Below, in pieces: positions 1 through 7,884 of a stretch of 39,577 nucleotides of DNA. Below the pieces are notes generated by a model. That model was given only the letters and a program-made list of their open reading frames with translations, did no database searches and had not been told where the DNA came from. The position numbers and the translations under genes were made by a program. The stretch lies in the IMG/VR virus record IMGVR_UViG_2529292882_000015; one strand, 5' to 3'. Each line of letters opens with the position of its first letter. The stretch's first letter is position 1. The stretch comes from a virus. Lineage: Duplodnaviria; Heunggongvirae; Uroviricota; Caudoviricetes.

Positions 1-516
1 ATGAAATTTAAAAAATGTCTTCTGCCTGTGGCAATGTTAGCGTCATTCACTCTGGCAGGATGCCAGTCAAATGCTGACGATCATGCTGCCGATGTTTATC
101 AAACCGATCAACTGAATACCAAACAAGAAACTAAAACCGTTAATATTATTTCCATTCTTCCCGCAAAAGTTGCCGTAGACAACTCCCAAAATAAACGGAA
201 CGCACAAGCCTTCGGCGCGCTTATTGGCGCAGTCGCTGGCGGTGTTATCGGCCACAACGTCGGGTCTGGCAGCAATTCCGGAACGACGGCAGGTGCAGTT
301 GGCGGCGGAGCTGTAGGCGCGGCAGCGGGTTCTATGGTGAATGATAAAACCTTAGTGGAAGGTGTTTCTTTAACCTATAAGGAAGGCACCAAAGTGTATA
401 CCTCTACCCAGGTGGGTAAAGAGTGCCAGTTTACGACAGGTTTAGCCGTTGTTATTACCACGACGTATAACGAAACGCGTATTCAGCCAAATACCAAATG
501 TCCTGAAAAGAGCTAA
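1..516 (+). CDS. Outer-membrane lipoprotein with glycine-zipper segment (SlyB/Pcp-like); probably chromosomal flank
   Basis: Lipoprotein signal with lipobox LAGC (MKFKKCLLPVAMLASFTLAGC); glycine zipper GALIGAVAGGVIGHNVGSG resembling the SlyB/17-kDa antigen family. Lies outside the phage gene block. Confidence 0.6.
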   Translation: MKFKKCLLPVAMLASFTLAGCQSNADDHAADVYQTDQLNTKQETKTVNIISILPAKVAVDNSQNKRNAQAFGALIGAVAGGVIGHNVGSGSNSGTTAGAVGGGAVGAAAGSMVNDKTLVEGVSLTYKEGTKVYTSTQVGKECQFTTGLAVVITTTYNETRIQPNTKCPEKS

Positions 517-531
517 TAATCAGGAGGAGTC

Positions 532-1071
532 ATGAAGAAAGTTTTTCTTTGCGCCATCTTAGCCTCCTTAAGCTATCCGGCTATCGCCTCATCATTGCAG
601 GATCAACTCTCTGCTGTCGCAGAAGCGGAACAGCAAGGTAAAAATGAAGAGCAAAGGCAGCATGACGAATGGGTCGCGGAGCGCAACAGGGAAATCCAGC
701 AAGAGAAGCAACGTCGCGCAAATGCCCAGGCCGCCGCTAACAAAAGAGCGGCAACGGCAGCGGCAAATAAGAAAGCTCGTCAGGATAAACTGGACGCCGA
801 AGCCACTGCGGACAAAAAACGCGATCAAAGTTATGAAGATGAGCTACGCAGCTTAGAGATTCAGAAACAAAAACTGGCGCTGGCGAAAGAAGAAGCCCGC
901 GTTAAGCGCGAAAACGAATTTATCGATCAGGAACTGAAGCACAAAGCTGCGCAAACCGATGTGGTGCAATCTGAAGCTGACGCCAACAGAAATATGACTG
1001 AAGGCGGTCGCGATCTGATGAAAAGCGTGGGCAAAGCAGAAGAGAACAAATCGGAAAGCTGGTTTAATTAA
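532..1071 (+). CDS. Secreted K/E/A/Q-rich coiled-coil protein of unknown function; probably chromosomal flank
   Basis: N-terminal signal peptide (MKKVFLCAILASLSYPAIASS), then a charged low-complexity helical region. RBS AGGAGG 6 nt upstream of the ATG. Confidence 0.5.
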   Translation: MKKVFLCAILASLSYPAIASSLQDQLSAVAEAEQQGKNEEQRQHDEWVAERNREIQQEKQRRANAQAAANKRAATAAANKKARQDKLDAEATADKKRDQSYEDELRSLEIQKQKLALAKEEARVKRENEFIDQELKHKAAQTDVVQSEADANRNMTEGGRDLMKSVGKAEENKSESWFN

Positions 1072-1115
1072 TCGATGTTAGTAACTTCAAGCCTATGATT
1101 CTTGAAGATAAAAAA

Positions 1116-1142
1116 CCCTCTGTAGTAACAGAGGGTTTTGTT
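1116..1142. terminator. Bidirectional rho-independent terminator between chromosomal genes and the prophage lysis cassette
   Basis: Stem CCCTCTGT / ACAGAGGG with loop AGTA; A-run upstream and TTTTGTT downstream, so it can terminate in either direction. Confidence 0.5.
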
Positions 1143-1288
1143 CATTCATAGTGCAGGGTCAAATCATTCCCACTCAATTATTTACGACATGCATAACCAA
1201 TTGACTGATAACAACTTTTTGAATCCTGATTTTCACCGTACCGTTTTATATACCGTCACCAATAATCAGTACCATGAAAAATGCCATG

Positions 1289-1771
1289 CTATCTGGTCAG
1301 GGTGTCGTACTGTTTTTCGCAGACTCTTCCGGCTTCGGCTGCCCGGTCAGCATACTCTGCCAGTTGTCTATTTCTCTCGAGAGATTTGCTGAACACGTCG
1401 GCAAGCAAAACTCCGGTATCTGCGGCTGACGCCCCAGCGCCGACAATGGCGTTATACTGCCTGAGCTGCTCACGGATGGCAACGAGCTGTTGCTGCAACC
1501 TGCCAGCGCGAGCGGCAGCATCAAGAGCATCGCTGCGCGCCTGATCGATCCTCTGCTGCGCTTCACGTTCATTGGTCGCTTTCTCCTGTTCGTAGTACTG
1601 ACGAACTTTTTCTTCTTCGGCTTTGCGGTCTTCTTTCGCCTGCGCATACCCGGCGTCGTACTGACGACTGCCGTGTGCATTCCAGGCTACAACTCCTGAC
1701 ATGACCAGAGCAGCAAGGATCGCCATGATAACCAACTGTTTCCAGTATGCTTTTACGAATGCCCAGATCAT
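1289..1771 (-). CDS. Rz-like inner-membrane spanin (i-spanin)
   Basis: N-terminal TM helix (MIWAFVKAYWKQLVIMAILAALVMSGVVAW) followed by a charged coiled-coil periplasmic domain; start overlaps the endolysin stop (ATGA); last gene of the lysis cassette. Confidence 0.6.
   Translation of the reverse strand: MIWAFVKAYWKQLVIMAILAALVMSGVVAWNAHGSRQYDAGYAQAKEDRKAEEEKVRQYYEQEKATNEREAQQRIDQARSDALDAAARAGRLQQQLVAIREQLRQYNAIVGAGASAADTGVLLADVFSKSLERNRQLAEYADRAAEAGRVCEKQYDTLTR
1297..1572 (-). CDS. Rz1-like outer-membrane lipoprotein spanin (o-spanin), embedded in Rz in another frame
   Basis: ORF in a different frame wholly inside Rz; lipoprotein signal MNVKRSRGSIRRAAMLLMLPLALAGC with lipobox LAGC; Pro/Ser-rich mature part. 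Start could instead be the ATG at 1530. Confidence 0.4.
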   Translation of the reverse strand: MNVKRSRGSIRRAAMLLMLPLALAGCSNSSLPSVSSSGSITPLSALGRQPQIPEFCLPTCSANLSREIDNWQSMLTGQPKPEESAKNSTTP

Positions 1772-2397
1772 ACCGCCAGCACCTTACTGGCAGTGATGTA
1801 ACGCGCGCGCCGGTCGTCGATGCCGTTCCTGCCACCATTGATAATCAGAGTTACACGTACAATATCTCCGGAATACTTCATGCAGCCTTTGCTGGAGAAA
1901 AACCACGCCGCGCTACGAGCCGCATATTCGTCCTGCGCCAGCAGTTCAGGATTCTCCATCAGGTCCACTTTCAGGCCGTTTCCGCAGTCACGATAGTTAT
2001 TCAAACCGGTAATCTGGATAAGTCCGCGCCCACGGTAATTCCATCCATCGCCTGGGGCATTGTTACCCATGCGTTTGCTGTACACCAGATTTGCGATCGC
2101 GCGCTGGCGCTCGAGTGGCAATGGTGGTTCACCAGCACGGCGACCCAGTGCGTTGGCCTGTCCCTGAGTGAGACGTCCTGCCCGAACAAAGTTAGCCAGT
2201 CCTGTGACGCTGTAGTTGAAATTCTCCTGCAACCTGGTGAAGCCACCAGACTCATGCCCGACTTGAGCAATAAACATTGCCTGATCTTCTGCTTTGCTGA
2301 TACCAAACTCTTTCATTGCAGAAGTTATATGCGAGAACCAGCGAGCGGCCAGCGCCTCGCTAATACCAGCAGCTCGCTGGAATTGTTTAATGTCCAT
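1768..2397 (-). CDS. Endolysin, glycoside hydrolase family 19 (chitinase-like) type
   Basis: GH19 signature-like motifs (FIAQVGHESGGF; NYRGRGLIQITGLNNY); RBS GAGG 7 nt upstream; sits between holin-like genes and Rz. Confidence 0.8.
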   Translation of the reverse strand: MDIKQFQRAAGISEALAARWFSHITSAMKEFGISKAEDQAMFIAQVGHESGGFTRLQENFNYSVTGLANFVRAGRLTQGQANALGRRAGEPPLPLERQRAIANLVYSKRMGNNAPGDGWNYRGRGLIQITGLNNYRDCGNGLKVDLMENPELLAQDEYAARSAAWFFSSKGCMKYSGDIVRVTLIINGGRNGIDDRRARYITASKVLAV

Positions 2398-2680
2398 GCT
2401 GAGACCTCGTTATCTTGAAAATTTGCACCACGTTCCCTTTTGTCTTGATAAGGGCTGCCAGGAACACGGCTTTGATGATGATTTCTGACCAATCTGCGCA
2501 TATGTAATGCCCGTAAAAAGTACGAATAGGCACGCTGGCAGCAGAGACAATAAGAAGGTAAGCCAGCCACCCGCCCCACCAGCGATGGCGTGACCCGCCA
2601 CGACGGAACAGCAGGACTCTGATTGCAATTCCGCCGCAGATTGCGGCGTTCAGGATGAGAAGTAGCTCAGGACTGGCCAT
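2387..2680 (-). CDS. Small membrane protein, possible second holin or antiholin
   Basis: About 98 aa from the ATG at 2680 (MASPELLLILNAAICGGIAIRVLLF...), 2-3 predicted TM helices, RBS GGAG 8 nt upstream; overlaps the holin end and endolysin start. Confidence 0.4.
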   Translation of the reverse strand: MASPELLLILNAAICGGIAIRVLLFRRGGSRHRWWGGWLAYLLIVSAASVPIRTFYGHYICADWSEIIIKAVFLAALIKTKGNVVQIFKITRSQHGH

Positions 2681-3083
2681 CGTCTTTTCTCCCCGGGATA
2701 AGGTCGCGCGGATTTTCAGAGCTGTGATACAGCCAGATACCAATGCGGACAGCAACGATTGCTGATACGAAAGCACCGGCAGAAAACACAATGCCCTTCT
2801 CAAAAGAATCCTGCGTGATCGTTGGTATAAGGCTGGCAACACCGATGAGAATTGATGCTGTCGCTTTGTAGAAGAGAACTCCGCAGAGGAAGCTGAGAAT
2901 AGCCAGGATCAGCCGCCGTTTTATTGGGTACTCAACTGCCGAGGTAACAAAAATTACCGCACCAGCAAGAGCACCTAACGCTACTTCTGGAGGAACCCCG
3001 GCAACAACGGAAGCCAGCGCACCAAGGCTAAGCCCCTGATTAAGTGACTCCGTTGTCAGCGTGGTTGCCATAGTGACCACCAT
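2667..3083 (-). CDS. Holin-like multi-TM membrane protein
   Basis: 138 aa with several hydrophobic helices and a charged C-terminal tail (RKDDGQS); immediately upstream of the endolysin. Exact start uncertain (3083 or 3071). Confidence 0.5.
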   Translation of the reverse strand: MVVTMATTLTTESLNQGLSLGALASVVAGVPPEVALGALAGAVIFVTSAVEYPIKRRLILAILSFLCGVLFYKATASILIGVASLIPTITQDSFEKGIVFSAGAFVSAIVAVRIGIWLYHSSENPRDLIPGRKDDGQS

Positions 3084-3185
3084 CTATTGTGCATAATAAC
3101 CTCCTTAGTTGGAGAGTTTATCATACACATTTTAACCATATATGGTTGGCTGTGATTGATTATATCTATGGCATATTTTTAACGA

Positions 3186-5588
3186 TCACGCCCATGTCGC
3201 ATCTATGTAGAACGTTGGAGATGTAGTTGTGGACCCTTCAATCGATATTTGTCCTGTTGAAGCATTAATGGTGGCCATTGCCATGCCAAATGAAACGCCA
3301 TCAGCAGTGAACGGTACAGGGACATTTTTGGTTACTTTTGGCCTGCACCACCTCGGAAGCGTTAGAACAGTATTGCCATTCGCAAATGAAGTGGCTGCCA
3401 GTTTAATATTAATTGAATTGGCAGTTAAACTTGACGGTGCCTGTACTGTTACGTTTGTTCCAGCCCACCATTGAACAGCTGCTCTTGGCGTGTAATCAAC
3501 ACGCGACCACCAGTCGATAATGGCAGAGCAGATAATTTCCGCATACAGACGATACCCTAACTGGCTTTGGTGAATGTCATCACGCAGAAGTGGGTCGTAT
3601 TGCGTGTTGAAATATTCTGGATATGGGGCCGGGAGCTGGTGAGTTGTTGTTACACAAATGACGTTATTGCCATATTTCATCATCTGGCGTTTACCAGCTT
3701 CTCGCAACTCTGCGACACCGTCGTAGTTAGAAGATGGCTGGCCAGCCCCTCCAATAAATGACTGGCTATACCACATCCACGGCTCAACCCAAACAGGGAT
3801 ACGACCAAGGCCATTGCAATATAAGACAAACTCATCTATCAGTGCCGCCATATAATCGCCGTTTTGGTTTGCCTGCCCTTCGTTAGTTCCGGCAACCATA
3901 ATAACGATGTAAGCATCACCCGGCCCCTGAGCCTTCAGGAGATCTAACTGTTGCCTCATTGTCTGTCCGGCAACCGCCTTGTTTACAATGCTATATGAAC
4001 GGTGGCCGTTCGCTCCATCCATTAATTGCGGAATGTACGAGCTGAACGCTGAAATGAAATCCTCAGCTGTACTATCACCATGGATAAGGATATGAAGTGG
4101 AGGCTTACAGTGCACACCATTATCAGAGGTGTAGCTGCATAATCCAGTTACACGCGCAGCACCTCCAGATGCCGGGGTCATTGCAACGAACCCAACTTCG
4201 TATACATCCCCTACAGCAGAAGTATCAAATGGTAAGCGTATTCCAACGCCATTCATTGTTATCTGCGCCCAGTTTTTACCTTGCAGTGATACGCCAACGG
4301 TTGCTTTACCCGGGGCGTACGACAGTAAACCTCCTGGCAGCGGGAATGGAGTTCCTTCTGCTACTGGACCACCAATTGGTTTCTGTCTATAAGACCACTG
4401 TGTAGCACCTGGTGCCCCATAGAACATCATCCAACCACCAGAGCATCGCAGAACAATCCCAACTTCTGAGGCGGCCTGAGATTCCATACGAATATGTGCA
4501 GAAATATGCTCTCCAATATCTATTGGTGCGAACAGGCCTGTTGTACGGTCAGTAGTTAAGGGGAAGATAGCTGCGCTATCTGAGGATATGGTGACTTCAC
4601 CTTCATAGAAGAACGTGTCACCATTTATGGAATAAACTTTACAATCTGACCATTCCACTCGCTTCATGCGAATAGGGTTTCGGTTGAGTATGGCCTGCTT
4701 AGCCAGGTAATCCACTTCTCCACCGGTTGTTGTGAAATTAAGATGGGAAAACTCAAAAGTGCATTCACCTTCAAACTTCAGCGACTTATAAAGCGAGTAA
4801 AGATCGCTGTCGAATTTAAGAATGACGTTTTTATCAACGATTACACGGGAGTTTTGCAGATTTCCTGCCTGTGAGGCCGTTCCTGGTATTGTATAAGTTT
4901 TCTTTGTTGCAGAGTGGCAAGGGAAATAAACATAGCCATAGAGATTTACACTCTCCACCCATGCTGCAACAACGTTTGATTGATTGTAAGATGGCATAAC
5001 GGTGATTGGTATCGGCTCAAATTTATCCACGCCACCGATCTTTTTCCATCCGTCAGGCTGAGCAAGAAGAATCAGCACTTCACTGGCAGAAGCACTCGGA
5101 GGGAGAATGGCTATAGGCTGCCCACTGTCATCCCAGCCAAAAATCATATTCCGGCGACTTGATACCTTTGGCACCAGGTTTACACTGTTTTCAGGAACCC
5201 TAAGCGTATTTCTCTGAAGAGCACCGATGTTGAACATCGCATGCTGAATAAGCATGGTCAGGTAGTCGAATGCATCCTCATGGACCTCTGCAAAAAATTT
5301 CCCCTGATTTCTTAAATCAGTTTCCTGCACTGCTGGAAGGTTACGAGTGATTGATATTGTAATGCCTGGCAAAACAGGAGATGACGTAATAACGCTTCCA
5401 CCGGAAGATAAGCCAGCACCTGTAACCATGTAATCTGTCCCCAGGATCATTGGAGAAACAAGACCGTCAGCGGTTATTGTGCTTACATCAAGATCTGTGT
5501 CTTTAAAAATTCTGAAAGTATATGGGAATGATGTCGTGACTCCATTCCCGAGATACTCATTGTGGCTGATTTCGGTTGAGACTGTCAT
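3186..5588 (-). CDS. Tailspike/tail fiber with T7 gp17-like N-terminal adaptor domain and SGNH (GDSL) esterase domain
   Basis: N-terminus MTVSTEISHNEYLGNGVTTSFPYTFRIF resembles the conserved N-terminal domain of T7-type tail fibres; C-terminal third carries SGNH blocks (ILIHGDSTAEDF; VAGTNEG; DDIH); RBS GGAG 7 nt upstream. Confidence 0.8.
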   Translation of the reverse strand: MTVSTEISHNEYLGNGVTTSFPYTFRIFKDTDLDVSTITADGLVSPMILGTDYMVTGAGLSSGGSVITSSPVLPGITISITRNLPAVQETDLRNQGKFFAEVHEDAFDYLTMLIQHAMFNIGALQRNTLRVPENSVNLVPKVSSRRNMIFGWDDSGQPIAILPPSASASEVLILLAQPDGWKKIGGVDKFEPIPITVMPSYNQSNVVAAWVESVNLYGYVYFPCHSATKKTYTIPGTASQAGNLQNSRVIVDKNVILKFDSDLYSLYKSLKFEGECTFEFSHLNFTTTGGEVDYLAKQAILNRNPIRMKRVEWSDCKVYSINGDTFFYEGEVTISSDSAAIFPLTTDRTTGLFAPIDIGEHISAHIRMESQAASEVGIVLRCSGGWMMFYGAPGATQWSYRQKPIGGPVAEGTPFPLPGGLLSYAPGKATVGVSLQGKNWAQITMNGVGIRLPFDTSAVGDVYEVGFVAMTPASGGAARVTGLCSYTSDNGVHCKPPLHILIHGDSTAEDFISAFSSYIPQLMDGANGHRSYSIVNKAVAGQTMRQQLDLLKAQGPGDAYIVIMVAGTNEGQANQNGDYMAALIDEFVLYCNGLGRIPVWVEPWMWYSQSFIGGAGQPSSNYDGVAELREAGKRQMMKYGNNVICVTTTHQLPAPYPEYFNTQYDPLLRDDIHQSQLGYRLYAEIICSAIIDWWSRVDYTPRAAVQWWAGTNVTVQAPSSLTANSINIKLAATSFANGNTVLTLPRWCRPKVTKNVPVPFTADGVSFGMAMATINASTGQISIEGSTTTSPTFYIDATWA

Positions 5589-5692
5589 GTTAATTCTCCA
5601 GATAGTCGCAGCACCCGTTGCGCCGCATATCCGGTTATTCTATTACCCGAAAAACCACATATGGATAGACAACCCATAAATACGAATAGATA

Positions 5693-5707
5693 TTACCTTT
5701 CAGGTGA
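5693..5707. promoter_or_regulatory. Operator-like palindrome TTACC-N5-GGTGA (site 1 of 13)
   Basis: TTACCTTTCAGGTGA, in the divergent region between the tailspike start and the LexA-box promoter. Confidence 0.5.
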
Positions 5708-5744
5708 TTTGCAAAACGTGCTGGATAGCAAACAAATTATTTGA

Positions 5745-5764
5745 TACTGTATAAATATACAGTT
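5745..5764 (+). promoter_or_regulatory. LexA (SOS) box overlapping a promoter-like region
   Basis: TACTGTATAAATATACAGTT matches the consensus TACTGTATATATATACAGTA at 18 of 20 positions with the CTGT-N8-ACAG core; preceded by TTGATA (-35-like); 20 bp upstream of the ATG at 5784. Confidence 0.7.
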
Positions 5765-5783
5765 ATTGCATGGAGAAGATAAG

Positions 5784-6041
5784 ATGCAGCAGTATCACTA
5801 TCCACTGGAAGACGGATTTACCGAAAGGATTCACACGCCGGGAGGCGTCAGGTCACTGGTGGAGAGATCGCACTTGATGAAATTACTCCGGGATCTCGAT
5901 AAGGATGGATTTAATGTCGATGGCCCACTTGCCGAACTGACTGCACTGATTAACTACGTCACCAGCTCACAGATGTCTATGCAGGATCTGCAAACACATC
6001 TCGACTATTGTGCCGAACAATTACGAAAACAAACCAGATAA
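5784..6041 (+). CDS. Small SOS-regulated antirepressor-like protein (paralog of the antirepressor C-terminal domain)
   Basis: 85 aa from the ATG at 5784 with RBS GGAGAAG; clearly similar to the C-terminal ~70 aa of the downstream antirepressor (...LMKLLRDLDKDGFNVDGPLAELTALINY...DLQTHLDY vs ...LMNLLNRLQEDGHDVSGAAAELTTIFCY...DIQTHAEY). Confidence 0.6.
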   Translation: MQQYHYPLEDGFTERIHTPGGVRSLVERSHLMKLLRDLDKDGFNVDGPLAELTALINYVTSSQMSMQDLQTHLDYCAEQLRKQTR

Positions 6042-6072
6042 GGTTTGTAATTACCAAGTGGAGTGCTTATAT

Positions 6073-6087
6073 TTACCTTTGCGGTAA
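6073..6087. promoter_or_regulatory. Operator-like palindrome TTACC-N5-GGTAA (site 2 of 13)
   Basis: TTACCTTTGCGGTAA, in the intergenic region between the small antirepressor-like gene and ant. Confidence 0.5.
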
Positions 6088-6354
6088 ATTTACATCGCAC
6101 TCCTCTTGTGCCATAGTAGTCGGGCACTGGCAAAATCCAGTGCCGGGATTGGCGTCCCGGGTTACTACAGAGGCACATATGCCGCATAAGCGGTTTTTTT
6201 TATGTGTAAAGCGCACCTATTCTATGGTGGGCTGTGTGGGGGCACCGAAAGGTGCGCCGGGTCCTTTGTAGCCGGTTACGCCAACCCTGCACAGTTCACC
6301 ACCAACCGATTGGCGTCGGTAGTGGTGATTAACCTAACTACAAAGGTGATCACT

Positions 6355-7041
6355 ATGACTGCTAACGTAACCCCATCTGTTTTTCATTTTGAATCAGAAG
6401 CAACCATTCGAGCCATTGTTATTGATGGAAATCCTTGGTTTGTTGCCAAAGACGTTATTAAAGCTCTTCAACTGACAAACCCCACTATGTCAATAAAATC
6501 TCTTGATGATGATGAAAGGGCTAAATTTAACTTAGGCCGTCAAGGCGAAACCAATATTATCAACGAGTCAGGCCTCTACACACTGATCCTCCGCTGCCGC
6601 GATGCGGTGACACCAGGCACTATCCCCTACCGCTTTCGTAAATGGGTTACAGGTGAGGTTCTTCCTCAGATCCGCCGCACCGGAAGTTACATTAAAAACT
6701 CGCTCCCGCAGGAAGAACGCATAAAGATGGTTGCCGACCAGGTAGCCAACGCCACAGCATCAGCAGTGATGCAGGCAATGAAGATAGAGAACAAAACCTA
6801 CAGCGCCCCACTGAAGCCCGGCTACCGCAGTCTGATTCATTCTCCGTCTGGTGTTCTCGGCTTGACGGAGAACTCACTGCTGATGAATCTGCTGAACCGG
6901 TTACAGGAAGACGGGCACGACGTATCGGGCGCGGCGGCGGAGCTGACCACCATATTCTGCTACATCGTCGGTGTGAGCAAATGCCTGCGTGATATCCAGA
7001 CACACGCGGAGTACATCAACGACAAGGCAGGGTTCTTCTGA
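6355..7041 (+). CDS. ant: Antirepressor, Bro-N domain family
   Basis: Bro-N-like N-terminus (ATIRAIVIDGNPWFVAKDVIKALQLTNPTMSIKSLDDDERAK); RBS AAGGTGA upstream of the ATG at 6355; sits beside the tailspike gene as in P22 immI. Confidence 0.75.
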   Translation: MTANVTPSVFHFESEATIRAIVIDGNPWFVAKDVIKALQLTNPTMSIKSLDDDERAKFNLGRQGETNIINESGLYTLILRCRDAVTPGTIPYRFRKWVTGEVLPQIRRTGSYIKNSLPQEERIKMVADQVANATASAVMQAMKIENKTYSAPLKPGYRSLIHSPSGVLGLTENSLLMNLLNRLQEDGHDVSGAAAELTTIFCYIVGVSKCLRDIQTHAEYINDKAGFF

Positions 7042-7107
7042 CATGACGGCGGCACAGGGATGTGCCTTTAAATAATTCTGTACAGATTGCAGGTGAATAG
7101 CTTACTA

Positions 7108-7122
7108 TTACCTCACGGGTGA
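7108..7122. promoter_or_regulatory. Operator-like palindrome TTACC-N5-GGTGA (site 3 of 13)
   Basis: TTACCTCACGGGTGA, upstream of the leader mini-ORF and terminator that precede the 7252 gene. Confidence 0.5.
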
Positions 7123-7211
7123 TCCATAGCGATTAGGCACCGATACAGGAGGAGCCCACATGAGAAAATTTGACGAGTACGAAGGCGTTTAACATTCGGA
7201 TAGTTTAATGA

Positions 7212-7234
7212 CGGGGCCATTAGGCCCCGTTTTC
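7212..7234 (+). terminator. Rho-independent terminator/attenuator hairpin in the leader of the 7252 gene
   Basis: GGGGCC-ATTA-GGCCCC followed by GTTTTC; about 20 nt downstream of a 10-codon mini-ORF (7160-7192) that has a strong AGGAGG RBS. Confidence 0.45.
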
Positions 7235-7251
7235 ATGTCTGGAGACAGTTT

Positions 7252-7791
7252 GTGTTAAGTGAAGAAATGCAATTTGCCATGGCTGTAGCTCAAATCGTAA
7301 GTGCAGTCGCGGTTTCGCTTGGCTTGTTCATAGCTATCGCTACTATTATTTATAATGTAAATACAGCGAGAAAAGTACACACTTCAGTATTCCTTGGTGA
7401 AAGCAGGTTTGATGTAGATTATAAGAAAGGCCTATCTACTATGCGCCGCATTCACGAATCGAACAAATCATTCCGCTCTTATATGTATCCAAGCAATGGG
7501 CAGGCTGATCTTACGGATGAAGAAAAGACAGAGAAGAGAGAAATAATTTACTGCCTAGGTTTCTACGAACGCATGGCTGTGAGCGTGAAGCGGAAAACTT
7601 ATGATGAGACCATGATTAAGGAAGTATTTTACAGCTCCGTTGTAAATAACTATCAGATTGCGCTACCTCTTATACAAGCCATTAGAGAAAAAGAAAACAT
7701 AAACACATATTTTAAAGAATATGAATGGTTGGCCACACGATGGAAGGATTGTCCATTGAAGGATAAATCCCCGTGGTACAAGTTTTGGTAA
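7252..7791 (+). CDS. Membrane-anchored protein, candidate superinfection-exclusion/abortive-infection moron
   Basis: GTG start with RBS GGAG; N-terminal TM helix (AMAVAQIVSAVAVSLGLFIAIATIIY) then a soluble domain; AT-rich coding sequence unlike neighbours; plus strand inside the minus-strand late region, at the position sieA occupies in P22. Confidence 0.6.
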   Translation: MLSEEMQFAMAVAQIVSAVAVSLGLFIAIATIIYNVNTARKVHTSVFLGESRFDVDYKKGLSTMRRIHESNKSFRSYMYPSNGQADLTDEEKTEKREIIYCLGFYERMAVSVKRKTYDETMIKEVFYSSVVNNYQIALPLIQAIREKENINTYFKEYEWLATRWKDCPLKDKSPWYKFW

Positions 7792-7813
7792 GCCCGCGTT
7801 GCGGGCTTTTTTA
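7790..7813 (+). terminator. Rho-independent terminator after the 7252 gene
   Basis: AGCCCGC-GTT-GCGGGCT followed by TTTTTT, directly after the stop codon. Confidence 0.6.
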
Positions 7814-7884
7814 TGGACGAAACAAAAGTTAGTGCTACACTCATTGACGCCACATTGAGGTGGCTTATAGATGGAAATTTCACA

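Noticed and set aside
1138-1544. Plus-strand ORFs 1138-1392 and 1281-1544 at the putative prophage boundary
   Set aside because: They overlap the Rz/Rz1 genes on the opposite strand and cross the likely junction; no start signals.
3229-5162. Several plus-strand ORFs (3229-3474, 3567-3761, 4097-4405, 4980-5162) inside the tailspike gene
   Set aside because: Fully antisense to a long, well-supported coding region, without RBSs; typical spurious antisense ORFs.
5766-5783. Upstream in-frame ATG at 5766 as the start of the mini-antirepressor gene
   Set aside because: It would place the start inside the LexA box/promoter with no RBS; the ATG at 5784 has a properly spaced GGAGAAG RBS.
6005-6271. 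ORFs 6008-6271 (+) and 6005-6187 (-) in the spacer between the mini-antirepressor gene and ant
   Set aside because: They span hairpins and a terminator, have an implausible Cys-rich composition and no RBS; the interval is better explained as structured regulatory RNA/DNA.
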